Source: Octopus vulgaris
Lineage: Eukaryota
DNA length: 64,000 bases
NCBI GenBank assembly: GCA_951406725.2
Contig: OX597815.1
Span: 125,736,001-125,800,000 of the forward strand
Reading direction: 5' to 3'
Shown piece by piece: positions 13,422-26,941 of the stretch (position 1 is its first letter; each line of letters opens with the position of its first letter). Position numbers and translations under genes: made by a program. Below the pieces are notes generated by a model. The model saw nothing but the letters and a program-made list of their open reading frames with translations. It was not told the DNA's origin and did no database searches.

Positions 13422-15409
13422 AGAGAGTTACCTTCAGCAATCATGTACATCAATTGCTTACTCTTGTTCTATCCCATTGTGTAAGTTCATATTAATATGA
13501 ACAGTTAAGATTTCTATTGATCAAAAGCTGAATATGCTGTGTAGTTTATTATCAGGTTTATGAGTAAGTAGATCTTAACGTTGAATTTGTTAGAACATTT
13601 TTAATTAATTGATCCTCATGGAAAGTATTAAGCATTAGCATTGCAAGAAACAAGTATTTTTTTCCTTCGTCTAAACATATCGATTCTTGTAGAGCAAAAT
13701 ATCTTAGCATTTTAGAACAGGGGAAATGGAACGTTGTAAAGTTCATGTCGTTTACTACAATAAATGACGACGTCTTTCAGCTTTTTGAATGAGCAATATC
13801 TTAGATGTTCGTCATATTTTTACACTAGATAAAATGACAGTCTGTAGCAACTTATTGGTCAATAGAAAGGTTTGAAAACATGATGGTGAGCGAAGTCAGC
13901 TAATCAATTGTATAGAATTCTATTGCCAATAATGGTCAAAGTTCCTCGTCATAATATATTCTTACACATAAACAGAATGGTTAATTGTCAATTCTTCGGA
14001 CCAGCACATTAACGACTCGGTTAACTGCAGTTTCCCCTTTTATGTTTATGGATAATTAAATATTGAACGACAATCAAAGCTTTGAGTGCTTGATTGAGAA
14101 AACACAAATTAGATCTCAGCTGGAAGATCTCAACAATAGGGCCAGATATGCTATTAAGAACACTCTTCCTTTAACATGGTTTTATAAGACAGAGGGGCAA
14201 TGAATGGTGTTAGAAAATTGATCTAGCATCAAATTGTTACTGATACCCTCCGTTATATTACCAAATATCTGAGAAAAAAAAAATAAAAGCAAAAACGTAT
14301 AAAGTTAAGTACATTGTTCTCTTATATCTAAATTCCATGGAAATTACACGGTGGGAATTCTCACTTCATTGAAGAATTTGAATATAATAGAGCAAAATAA
14401 GGAGTTTGTGTTAAAGATCTTGAGTTCAAACATTACAGCAGATGTTACTGTTTCACTGGGGAAAATGTATAACTATTTCATTCTAAAAGGCATCAGATTG
14501 CAAGACAGTTGTAGTTATAGTATGCCTATTTACAAGTCTGCACGTCGTCCACTGACGGAGTACCAAAAACGGATATAAACAGTAAAGGAAAAAAAAAATG
14601 GCCCCGCATATTCTATACTATTCTTTGTAATAACATATCGAAATTGTTATATGCTATTATATATAGCATAATTCTACACTATAATATGGTTCAATATAAT
14701 ATTATACACTGTTATATTAGTCTGCATAAAGTATGCTGTTTAATGTAGCTGCACTGACATTCTCATCTGTATCAATGTATATGCAGTAAGAAAAACAACT
14801 AATCAATAACAAAAGTGTATGTATGAATGTAAGTGCGCACGCACACATTTATATGTTTGTAACGTGTCTGTTAAAGATGAGTGTTTATGTGTAAATAGGC
14901 AAAAACTTAAGTTCATACAATTACTTCTTGCAGTCAATGCAAAATGCTTCGTCATTCAATGTTTTCATACACCTTTTTGTATATAAAGTAATGTTAGCTT
15001 CAACATTAAAAAAAAAGTTCAGGTATGATCTTTTATGATAGTATCATTGAATGATATGCTGTCTGTTACAATACTAATTCTTTCAAGATGATGTTTATCA
15101 TTTTTTCTTTATAGTTTCTTCCCTCCCCCTCGACATGATAATATTCCTATGTTTCTTTTATACATTATCATATCATGCTGAGCAATGTATTTTAAGTAGT
15201 CTAGAGTTTTCGTAACGTGTTTCCTGATGCTTTAAGCGATATGCACACGACATTGTAACTATATATTCATATACAAATGTTACTGGTATATCTTACAAAC
15301 AGGTGTAGATATATAATTTTGTATGCCAGCGTTACATAACGATAATAAAGATGATAATAATGAAAATATCATACACTTGCATGCACGTATATGGATGTAT
15401 GTATTTATA

Positions 15410-15443
<34 letters not shown>

Positions 15444-15894
15444 CATACCATATTGCCCGAAGAAATGAACGCATGAATATGATCCATCTGATGTCAATGG
15501 ATACTATGGAATATACTGTAATCATCTTGGGAATACGGACTATGATCATAAGAAATATGTGGAAACGCGCGTAGCGATGCATTAAAATATTTATAAATTC
15601 CATCGATGGATTATTATTATTATTATTATTATTATCATTATTACTACTACTACATCTATCTTATATTATATTGGCACAGTTCGGTGCAGTCCCCCAAAAC
15701 TGCTATTGCCAGTTGGTATCATTAAATTGTAGTCGGCATAATGCAATAGGTGCTTTTATATGCATATTCAAAAACGTTTCTCGTTTATATATATATATAT
15801 ATTATCGTCAATGTATACAGAATCCGAAAAAGAAGTATACTCTAAAGCGTGGAGCGGTATCGTATTAAAGGTAATTTAAGATAATGACCAGTCA

Positions 15895-15958
15895 TAGAGT
15901 GACCAATGGTTTTGCACCCACAAAGGCCTTAGCCACACGGACGTCTCGTCAGACCCTA
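15895..15958 (-). ncRNA. Hammerhead-like motif, left arm of inverted repeat (GAAA mutated to AAAA)
   Basis: Minus strand reads TAGGGT CTGACGA ... AAAACCATTG GTC ACTCTA, with a 6-bp stem I. Confidence 0.5.
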
Positions 15959-16045
15959 AGGCCGAAGAGAAATATAACTCTTCACCTCTGGTAGGTAACG
16001 AATTCCTGCCTCCCAGAGGTGAAATATTGCATTTATCTTTGGTTT

Positions 16046-16113
16046 TAGAGACTGATGAGACGTCTGTGAGGCTAAGACCTTTGGATATTGATGTGAAACC
16101 ATTGGTCACTCTA
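16046..16113 (+). ncRNA. Hammerhead-like motif, right arm of inverted repeat
   Basis: TAGAG-A CTGATGA G ACGTC...GATGT GAAA CCATTG GTC A-CTCTA; GUC cleavage triplet. Confidence 0.65.
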
Positions 16114-16153
16114 TGACCGGAAATTAACTTAATTACTTTTAATGTGTGTGTAT

Positions 16154-16293
16154 ATGATTAAAGAAGAAGAATGGAGAGTTTGTAAGGATATATATTGCCA
16201 AAAATAAACTCAAACTTTGACTTTATATTTGGCAGTATGATAATAAATTCATTTTATGTCCTTAAAAGCTCCCCATTCTTCTTCTTTAATCAT
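16154..16293. repeat. Second adjacent inverted repeat (~35-bp outer arms plus inner stem)
   Basis: ATGATTAAAGAAGAAGAATGG pairs with CCATTCTTCTTCTTTAATCAT; inner ATTGCCAAA/TTTGGCAGT. Confidence 0.85.
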
Positions 16294-16515
16294 GTTGATA
16301 CTTATTATAATCCCACATATCGAAGAGACTTTCCTCAACGGTGTTGGCGATTAAACCAGTTTTGGGTATAATAATCCCTTATGAAGATAATATATCTTCG
16401 CATTGACTCACTCTCTCTCTCTCTCTCCCTCTCTCTCTCTCTCTGTCTATATATATATCATATGTATATGAATATATAAAATACACACACAAATATATGC
16501 ATACATATCTGTCTA

Positions 16516-16547
<32 letters not shown>

Positions 16548-16557
16548 CGTATTTTTT

Positions 16558-16710
16558 AGGCATGGCTGTGTGGTAAGAAGCTTGCTTCCCAACCACATGC
16601 TTCCAGGTTCAGTCCCTTCTGCGTGGCACCATGGGCAAGTGTCTTCTATTATAGTCTTTGACCGACCAAAGACTTGTGGGGTTGATTTGGTAGACTGAAA
16701 CTGAAAGAAG

Positions 16711-16777
<67 letters not shown>

Positions 16778-16950
16778 TTGTGTCAGTGTTTTGTGTCTGT
16801 AGTTGTACCTCCATCACCGCTTTACAACCGGTGTTGGTGTGTTTAATTTCTGTAATTTAGTGTTTCCGCAAAAAAGCCGGTAAAACAAGTACTAGGCTTA
16901 AGAAAATTAATTCCTGAGATCGAATTGTTCAACTAAAACCCGTCAACATG
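16558..16950 (+). mobile_element. tRNA-derived SINE, family B, with internal microsatellite
   Basis: Head GGCATGGCTGTGTGGTAAGAAGCTTGC...GGTTCAGTCCC, internal (TA)n, then tail ACAACCGGTGTTGGTGTG...AAGTACTAGGCTT. Related pieces at 8500-8850, 12290-12410, 37865-37930 and 60720-60875. Confidence 0.8.
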
Positions 16951-17197
16951 CACGTAAGTTTCCTTCTATTTATAATTATTTGGCGTTTTCCCGTAAAGGA
17001 AGGGCTGTTTCTAACAAAGTTGCAAAATTCCATTCTTGGAATGTAGATAGCAAAAGCAATGCCACACTTTGAACTTGAGAAAAGTTTTGCATATTTTTAC
17101 TGTCCTGCATGCAGATTGTATTTGTTATGTGTGTGGTGTTAGTTTGTTTATTTCTTTTTCTGAAAACTCTAGCTTTTCCAAATCGTCACTTGGGCAT

Positions 17198-17266
<69 letters not shown>

Positions 17267-17929
17267 CACGCACACACACACACATACGCACACACACGGA
17301 CACATATGCATTAATGTATCTTTGTGAGTGTGTGTTTGCGATTTCTCTTTAAAGTCCGTCGAATATATTGCGAAACTTTATTCTCTTGTATAAATTCAGC
17401 GATGCTGGTATAGACTAATTGTATCCTTAGACTTTAGTTATTTTCCTAAAACACTGATCATTATTTTGTCTAATAAAATGATTTATATCAACATAACATT
17501 TAAAAAATAAAATAACTTAATTGGTTTTTATATTCAAGAAAACAGTAAAGTGAATTTATTGAAGTCATTTTATATTATAAATAACGTCATGAGATTCTCA
17601 GCGGCTTTAATATAAAACACGGGAAACAGATAGAACAGTTTCTTGAAATTTCACATAATGACATTTATTGACATCAAATCAGAAACTGTAAAATGATAGA
17701 TTAAGTTTCTGGACATAGTTATGCACACACACATACACACACACTCACACACACATGCATCTACATGCATTTATCTCTCTCTCTTTATATATGTGTGTGT
17801 ATATATATATATAAATATATAAACGTATGTATATATATGCACATATATAATATGCACAAATATACATGCATTTATATATATATATAAATGTATGTATATA
17901 TGTGCATGTTATATACATACACACACACG

Positions 17930-17965
<36 letters not shown>

Positions 17966-18061
17966 AGCATATATATGAATGTATATGCATCTAGTTTTAT
18001 GCACGTATATATATGTATATATATATATATTTAAGATCTCCCAAAGTGCAATTCTATTGAT

Positions 18062-19005
18062 AGAACGCTTTTGTTAGGTCAATGAAAACCTGGTATAAGT
18101 ACATATCCTCTTTGCACTTCTCTTGCAACTGTCTAGCCGAAAATATTATATCCATAGTACTCCTACTATCCCTAAATCCGCATTGCGATTCTGGTAGAAC
18201 CTCATCAGCAATGTGCAGAAGCTACCTATCCAGCATTACCCTACAGAGGACCTTTCCAGCAACAGCTAACAGACAGATGCCGCGATAATTATCACAGACA
18301 TCCTTTCCACCTTTAGATGTTTATAGTATCTCCATAGTTGCATCACATTAGTCCGGAGGTATATCTTCACTTTGCCAAACCCTTTGAATCACATCCATCA
18401 GTATTGCACAAAGATGATAACCACCATATTTATATATCTCTGCACCTGGTCCATCCATACCAGGGGCCTTTCCATTGCTCAATTTCCTGATTGCTACTTT
18501 TATTTCAGCCAGGTTTGGAACTTCTGCTATAAGATGTTTTATTGGTCTCTCGGGTGTATTATCAAGAAAAGAGAGATCAACTTCGGTGGGTTTATTGAGC
18601 AACTCATCAAAATGTTCTTTCCATCTCCCAACAATATCTTTAGGATTTTTAATAATTCTATGCCATTCTTGCTCCGAAGTGGGGCAACCTTTGATGAAAC
18701 TGGTCCATAAAATTTTTACAGGGGAGAGTAAAAAGTTTGGCATTTGAAGCTTCTTGGATTTCATCGCATCTATCACTCCATCAATTTTCCTGCATTGTTG
18801 CTTTTACAGCCTTGAAATATGTAGCCACTGTCCTGTTCGTTGACATGTCAACATTTTGCAACGTTAAATGCCTTTCGCTTCTCCTCTAAGATAAGATTAA
18901 CTTCTTCATCATTATCGTCAAACCAATCTTGCTGCTTTTTTACAACAAAGCAAAGAATGTTACTACAAATCTCGTACACTCTTTCTTTGAATGACTCCAG
19001 ATTCC
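18062..19005 (-). mobile_element. RTE-clade LINE fragment (linker and RT N-terminal half), disrupted
   Basis: RWKEHFDELLN, LSNGKAPGMDG..AEIYKYGG, CDNYRGICLLAVAGKVL, LPESQCGFR..RSTMD, RQLQEKCKE, FIDLTKAF, with stops. Confidence 0.9.
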
Positions 19006-19122
19006 ATCACAGGACAAATTATTTATCTCACTCACAAACTCACGTACTAATGTAATCTTAAGTTTATTCAGATTGTCTTTGCAGCTTTGGCCGGTTATAT
19101 GTATGTGTATATATATGTATAC

Positions 19123-19244
<122 letters not shown>

Positions 19245-19341
19245 CCTCACTCTGTCCCTTTCTCTTTTTTCTCTCTTTCTCGTCCCCCCCAATTCTTCCG
19301 TATGCCTTATTGTCATCTGTTACGTTCTTGTTCCATTTTTT

Positions 19342-19434
<93 letters not shown>

Positions 19435-20626
19435 TATGCATACATATACATATATGCTCGAAGCTTACTAACTCCACCTTGACCCTTGGATCTTACCCTT
19501 ACATATCATATATATGTGTATATGTATATCCTATTTAATATGTGTGGATGTGTGATTACAATGCCGAGTAGTGTGGTATTCGTCTTGAGAGGTTCTCTCA
19601 TATAAGAGTACAGACATACAACATAGCAGATGAGAGCCATTTGGGATCGGCGCCGGAATTGCCAGATCACCTGATTTTAGTGTATCTGTATGAGAAGTCC
19701 TTTCCAGGCGAATGCCGGCGTAATAATGGATCTACGTTGGGTAGGATATAAAGATTGCCATTCAGTATTAACACTGCTTCTGTCGCTAACCTATATATAT
19801 AAAACGAAAATATGCTAAGAGAAATGACTCGATGTGGCCATTAGCATGTATTTGAACAACAAAAAAATGATGATAAATTAAATAACATACAAAATAATTT
19901 ATTGATTGTATTGAAATTATCTCCGCTTCAAGAGAAGATCGATCAATCATTTGGTTACTATTGGGGTTAATTACATATGATAAGGGGAGATAATTCCAAA
20001 GAATCAAGAATTTCTTCCAAATTAACATGCTGTGAAGCATAAAGGCATTTATAAAAAGATATTTACATATGTGTGTGTGCGCGCGCGCTGCTTGTACGTG
20101 GGCTTATACTGTAAATTAGTATGCTATTATTATTGACCGTTTCACGTCTGATCAAACTTTTACTGCTTGTAGTCGTTGTTGTTTTGAAAAAAAAGTAATT
20201 TTAGCAAAATTATTATCTGTGACGTTAGAAATGTTCATATTTTAACATTACCCGCAAGTAAGTCTTCTGATTGATTATTGATCTGTCACCACTTAATTTG
20301 AAAAGAATAATTCTTTACGATGTGTCAATAATGTGAAGACTTCTAAAATTATATATGTGTGTGTGTATGTGTATGAGAGTGAGAGGATGAGAAAGGGAGA
20401 GAAAGAGAGGGAGAGAAAGAGAGAGAGAGAGGAAGCGAAAGGAAGAGCGAAACAGTGAGAGACAGAGAGCGGACGATGAAAGTAAGGAAAGAAATAAAAG
20501 TAAAAGATCAACATGTCTAGATATGTATCTTATATATGACTGAAAGATTACACATAAGCGTGTTTGAATAAATATGTCAGTACGTGGGGTTTCTGCAAAT
20601 AAGTGTATTTTTCTCCTCTCTTTCCC

Positions 20627-20667
<41 letters not shown>

Positions 20668-20684
20668 GTGTGTGTATATCTGTG

Positions 20685-20890
20685 TGTGTCTGTGTTTGTC
20701 CCCCTTCCATCGCTTGACAACCGATGTTGGTGTGCTTACGTCTCCGTAACTTAGCGGTTCGGCTAAAGGGACCGACAGAATAAGTACTGGGCTTACAAAG
20801 AATAAGTCCTGGGGTCGATTTGTTCGACTAAATGCGGTGGTCCAGCATGGCTGCAGTCAAATGACTGAAACAATTAAAAGAATAAAAAAA
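20685..20890 (+). mobile_element. SINE family B 3' half
   Basis: CTTGACAACCGATGTTGGTGTG...GTAACTTAGCGGTTCGGC...GGGGTCGATTTGTTCGACTAAA...CCAGCATGGCTGCAGTCAAATG. Confidence 0.8.
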
Positions 20891-20898
20891 TATATATG

Positions 20899-21015
<117 letters not shown>

Positions 21016-21034
21016 GTGTGGGTGTGTGGGTGTA

Positions 21035-21298
21035 TATTAGAAGGTTTGGAGATGATGTAAAGGTATTATATATTAGAAAAAATAAGGTACTCAGGAATCT
21101 GGATGATTTTATATTTACAGATTTTTATTGATATATCACATGCTTTTATAAATCCTATATTAGCGCGTGCATCCACTCTAGTGGATTCCTCAGATTGAAT
21201 TTCTTCAGATTTGTCTCTTTTTACGGTATTATTGAGTGTGTAGGGGTGGAGAGAGATATAGGATTGTAAAAGAGGGTGAGGAATAGGGAGAAAGTGAG

Positions 21299-21337
<39 letters not shown>

Positions 21338-22064
21338 ATGCCTTTGTATCTGAAAAGAGTATCAATGGAAAAGAGAAGGAAACGACTAAGGAAGAGAGAA
21401 AGCAGAAAAAAATGCGTTTACTTCTATACAGCTGGTCAGTTCTTTCAATAGAAAGCGATTCTTGGCTTTTAGAAATGGCAAAACCGGGTGGCTACTCCAA
21501 GGAGGGGGGGTTGTTTTGATAAATGTTATTTTTCAAAAACTTGTCTGGTTTTCTTTTTATCATTGTCTGGTATGAGAGGGAGAGTGTGTGTGAGTGTGTT
21601 TTTTTGTGTGTGGGTGTGTGTATGTATGTGTGTGTGTGTGTGTGTGTGTGTTTGTGCCTGTATATCTGAAAGAGGTGTCAATGGAAAAGAGAAAGAAAGA
21701 AAGAAGGGAGGGAGGAAGAAGAAAAAATTGTATTGACATCTATACCGCTGTTCAGTTCTTTCAATCCAATGTTTGATTTTCGTGCTGCTATGGGTTGGAG
21801 AATCTGGATGTAAGATTGTTTCTATTTATCGTGTGTGTGTGTTTAATACAATTTACTTAACAAAATTGCTCTTTCATCCACACACACACACACACACACG
21901 CACACACAGGCACACTCTCTCTCTCTCACTTTTTCCCCATTCCTCACCCTCTTTTACTATCCTATATCTTCTCCCCTCCTACACACTCAATAATACTATA
22001 AAAAGAGACAAATCTCCTGAGAAAATTCAATCTGAAGAATCCACAAGAGTGGATGCAAGCGCTA
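21035..22064. repeat. Composite repeat: outer inverted arms enclosing a diverged direct repeat
   Basis: About 21161-21335 is the reverse complement of about 21878-22064. About 21340-21450 resembles about 21655-21765 in direct orientation. Confidence 0.85.
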
Positions 22065-22096
22065 TATGTATATATATATATATGTATATATTTGTG

Positions 22097-22128
<32 letters not shown>

Positions 22129-22422
22129 AACACACATATATATATATTTATATGTATATACACACACACACACATTTATATATATACATAATGTATGTAG
22201 GTATGTGTTTATTCATGTATTAAATAAATAACAGTTGGGACAGTCTAACTGGGATGTAGTTGTCCAAGTTTTAATCTTTTTGATGGGTGCTGTTTCTCAA
22301 GAAATCTGTTGATTGAAATTTAAGGCGATTAACTCCCAATTAATTTGTGCCAGCCATTATGTATATTATTGAGTTGAATACTACATAAATATATTTCTTA
22401 TTTGTAAATCATGGCAGAGAAG

Positions 22423-22523
<101 letters not shown>

Positions 22524-22808
22524 TATATATATATAATAAATCTGGTTTCCAGTGAGTCAGACAGTTAAATGGTCGGGTCGAAAAATAAAAAGTGTGCGCA
22601 ACAAAAATAGTTGAATATATACACGGGTACCGAACAACTGACATATTCAGGTTATGTATACGATTAAAAGTACCCGACTGAACATATCATGACCCTGAAT
22701 ATAATCAGGAAACAGCATATTGCACTAAATCTACGGTCCATAAATATACTTCGGAGTTCTTCGCAATTCGTAATAATTTAGAAAAAACAAATAATATAAT
22801 ATAATCTA

Positions 22809-22865
<57 letters not shown>

Positions 22866-23199
22866 CTATACATATGACATACATTATACACACACATATA
22901 ATATTAATAAAGAGTATTGAGACTTGTACATCCACAAAATTATTTTATAATTATATACAGCATATAATCACGTACGCGTGTCTCCGCTGCAGTGACTGCT
23001 AACTGTATATATGCATGTTGTATATATGTATTCATGTATGTACGTATGCCTGTATGTATGTATGTATGTATGCATGTATGTATGTATGCCTGTATGTATG
23101 TATGTATATATATATGTATGTATGTATGTATACACACGTATATATGTATGAATCTGTATGTATGTATGTGATTATATATTATATAAACAGATATATAAC

Positions 23200-24055
23200 T
23201 AAATGCATTAAATACTATCGCTTCCACTATGCATGTTGCAACGATAGAAAGCACGCATCTACACAGTTTGCGACCTCCATACCAAACTGCAATTGCTGAA
23301 ATCCTACCAACTTGTTATTGGGAAGATGCTGCATCTCAAAGCCTGTGATCTATAGAGTCACCCTCACACCATCCGATGCTAGACGCAGTTATGACAGCCA
23401 CTGACTTTTTAAGAGAAGATACATGCAGCACATGCAAGACTTCAGTTTTAAGGACAGCGAAACTCTTTCTTTCCCTGTCTAGCTTCAACAGTGGACTTCG
23501 TTCGATATCATCGTAACAACTTCAACTTTATATAGAGCATCATTTACTGAGCCAGCTCTTTATACATCTGGGGTTCGCAGTAGTCATCTCTTATACCTGT
23601 CTCTTCTTATACCTGTCAGCAGTGTCCATCAATAAGGAAGCCGACCTATCCTATTACCGTCACCACAGGTACAATCTGTTAATGACCTTCAGGTTATATA
23701 TTAAACGTTGGTAACTCAGCTTATCACCTTACGTTCAAGCGCTCATAATAAATATTACGACGTACATCGGCTTGCTGGTCCTGCAAAATCATATGTAACC
23801 TGTTGTCGCTGATATGTCACACCCAGTAGAATGCCTAATACCTGATATCAACAAACTGCCTACTCTACGAGGTGAGAAATTCAATGAAAGAATTGAGGTC
23901 GCTAAGATAGTGAACATAAACATGCGTCAATGGAGGAGAAAATATTTTCACCTAGATGCTATTTTAAATTTCTTCTGAATTCTCCTAACCCTGACTTCTA
24001 TGTTTGATGTTGTGGGCATGTTCAGTGCCTATGAAAGGTGGAACTGAGTCAAGCT
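23200..24055 (+). mobile_element. Third, older Penelope-like remnant (Cys knuckle plus GIY-YIG fragment and 3' tail)
   Basis: 23280-23465 translates PNCNC*NPTNLLLGRCCISKPVIYRVTL...FKRRYMQHMQDF, parallel to CSC...CMSKTIIYEATV...FKARFNNHTLSF in the intact ORF. Bounded by microsatellites; ends are approximate. Confidence 0.65.
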
Positions 24056-24884
24056 ATTAATAAATATGAGTGTGTTTGTGTGGGTGGTGATGGTGCGCGT
24101 ACGTGCATGTGTGTATGTGATATGGTGTATGTAAGCATGCATGAAAATACATATGTATGAGTACACAAACAAATGTTTCCATATCTATATGAAACGCATA
24201 TGCACTTTTAAATATTAACCTTCTTGAATGTTTTACATATTTTGACAATGCGTTTCATAGCTTGTAGGTATAATCTCTCTATTATGCGTGTTGTTTCCAG
24301 CTTTGTGAAATCCAGCTGCTCAAGTTTGCTACTGAAGTATGTTTGCATATGTAAAGATGTCTTTTCATTTTTTATGTTAGTTTTATTTGCAAGATTTCAA
24401 AGGTCGAAATGTTTCACAACCATTATTGAAAAGAACTCCATTTAAAGAAATACATTGAATATTCGTTATCATTACTCTATTACACTCGTCCGCATTTCAT
24501 TAAGGTCAATTTTGCTTTCTATTTCCTTGGGATTGATAAAATCAGTAATCGACTGAAGCACTTCCGCTACAGAAAATTACTTTTGTACTCTTTCCAAAAG
24601 TTTTAAATAGAAATATGTTCTTTCCGTAATTGTGTGAAGAAAATAATATATAAAACTGCATTACCTACTTTTAAATTTCAAAGAACTTATTTCTATATTA
24701 CAAATATATACACATGTGTGTGTGTGTGTGTATATACACACACATATAAATAATCATATATATGTATGTACACACACACATAATTATGCATATATGAATA
24801 TAGACACACATACATTCTTATACGTGTGTGTGAGTGTGTGAGTGTGTCTGTGTGTACATACACACACATATAAATATACATATG

Positions 24885-24950
<66 letters not shown>

Positions 24951-25554
24951 GATAGATATATATATATGAATATACATACACATAAATCTGCATATATGAA
25001 TATATACACATACATTCATATACGTGTGTGTGATTGTGTGTGTGCATATACAAACACATATAAATATACATATATATGTATGTACACACACATATAAATA
25101 AAAAAAATATATATATACATACACGTGGATATATATGTGTGTGTATATATATATATATATATACATATATATACATACATACATATATATGTGGATATGT
25201 ATGTACATATTTATATATATATATGTATATATATATATATACGAATATACACACATATAGATATGCATATATAAATACACACACATACATTCCTATACGC
25301 GTGTGTGTGTGTTTGGGTGCGCGCGTGTGTGTGTGTTTGGGTGCGCGCGTGTGTGTGTGTTCATAGTATTTGGATTATGAATCAAATGCCTTCGTATACA
25401 ATAAATAAATATTTTACTCCGGTCATTTGTAAAATTACTTGCAGGTAAGCAAGCAAACTGTTAGCATAAGCATGAACTGTTGGAGCGGCTACGGTGTTTA
25501 TTGTCTGGAAATATATAAATATAGAGTAAGGAGACTGGTAGAGAATGAGAGATT

Positions 25555-25631
<77 letters not shown>

Positions 25632-26618
25632 AGAGAGAGAGAGAGAATGGTATTGACAGTGGTAGAGACAAAGGAAGAGAAGCAAAGAAACACAGATAGG
25701 TAGCGAGAGAGGAACTGGGAGAGAGTAAAAACCAGATACTTAAATTAGTGAGGGTAATAAGAGCATATGACATTTCCGTATGTTTCAAAGTAGTAACTGT
25801 GGTTTAGTGAAGTGAAATAGCTTCATTCAAGCACGGAAAAGGCGGATTAGTGATAAGAGAACTAGCAGAAATGGTAGCAGCAACAGCAGCAGCACTTTTG
25901 TGTCATCGCCCCTTACGAAATACCTGATAAATGAAACAGCGGAGTAAACCTTAACGTGATTAATCGACTTATTAGAAATAGTAACCAAATCTTGTGCAGC
26001 TGACATCCTACCACTTAAAAAAAAGTACGTATTAGATTATGTGATTTGGAAAAATAAATGAGATGGTCGCGGTTGGAATATATTTAATAGAGATACTAAA
26101 GCGAATGACTAACTGGGCAATACAGACGACCGTAGCTCGTTGGAACAGGTACTTGTAGCTAGTTTGTTTGCAGTTAACTGATGTATGCATGTATGTATGT
26201 ATGTATGTATGTATGTATGTATGTATGTATGTATGTATGTATATATATGCATGTATGCATGCATGTATGTGTGTATGTATGTGTGTATATATGTATGCAT
26301 GTATGCATGCATGTTTATATATATACCCACACACACACAGAGGAGAGAGAAAATGAGAGAGAGAAAAGATAGAGAAGAAAAGGGAAAGAAGTACAGAAAA
26401 AGAATTATGTATCTAAATTAAGTAATTATATATTGATGTATATTGCCAACGAAACAGCTGTTAGACCAATTTAAACATGAAGTATACGAAAAAGTTTCGC
26501 TTTTCTGCATTTATCTTACGTATGCATACATACGTACACACACATACACAAATACAGATACATACATATCGTGCTTAGGCATATACATATAAATATGCAT
26601 ACATATCTACATATATAT

Positions 26619-26941
26619 AGTTCAAATTTCAGCAAAACAAAAGACGAACATAGGTATAGGAACAACACGCAGGTGTATTTGTTTCACGCTCAGGAAAAAT
26701 GGGAAAGTCTTTTACGTTTCGAGCCTATGCCCCACGACAGAAAAAAATAAGGGTGAAAAAATGGAGAGAGAAGGAGAAAAAACGGAGAGCGTCTCCATTT
26801 TCCCCCTCTTATTCCTTTCTGTCGAAGAGTGTAGTTTCGAAACGTAAAAGACTTTCACATTTTTCCCGAGCGTCAAACTAATACACCTGCTTGTTGTTCT
26901 TACACATGTCTTCGTCCTTTGTTTATCTGTAAATTTGAACT
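26619..26941. mobile_element. Non-coding inverted duplication of a ~150 bp repeat unit, each arm with a variant hammerhead-like motif
   Basis: Arms are reverse-complementary from AGTTCAAATTT to AAATTTGAACT. Motifs at 26709-26744 (-) and 26815-26850 (+). The same unit recurs at 53.2 kb and 57.0 kb. Confidence 0.8.

Larger units (their letters stand above)
15864..16143. repeat. Long imperfect inverted repeat (~280 bp fold-back)
   Basis: Perfect 22-bp pair 15891-15912/16096-16117, continuing inward through CAAAGG..GACGTCTC..CAG and TTCACCTCTGG/CCAGAGGTGAA. Confidence 0.95.

Noticed and set aside
19570-19720. Weak inverted repeat with CAGATGAGAG in the loop
   Set aside because: Arms are short and mismatched and no GAAA/UH partner was found; too weak to call.
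23285-23300. TGA next to CNC as possible selenocysteine (some Naiad elements are reported to encode selenoproteins)
   Set aside because: The TGA aligns with the Arg of CSCR in the intact copy, so CGA-to-TGA decay is more likely. The intact ORF uses normal Cys codons and I saw no convincing SECIS.
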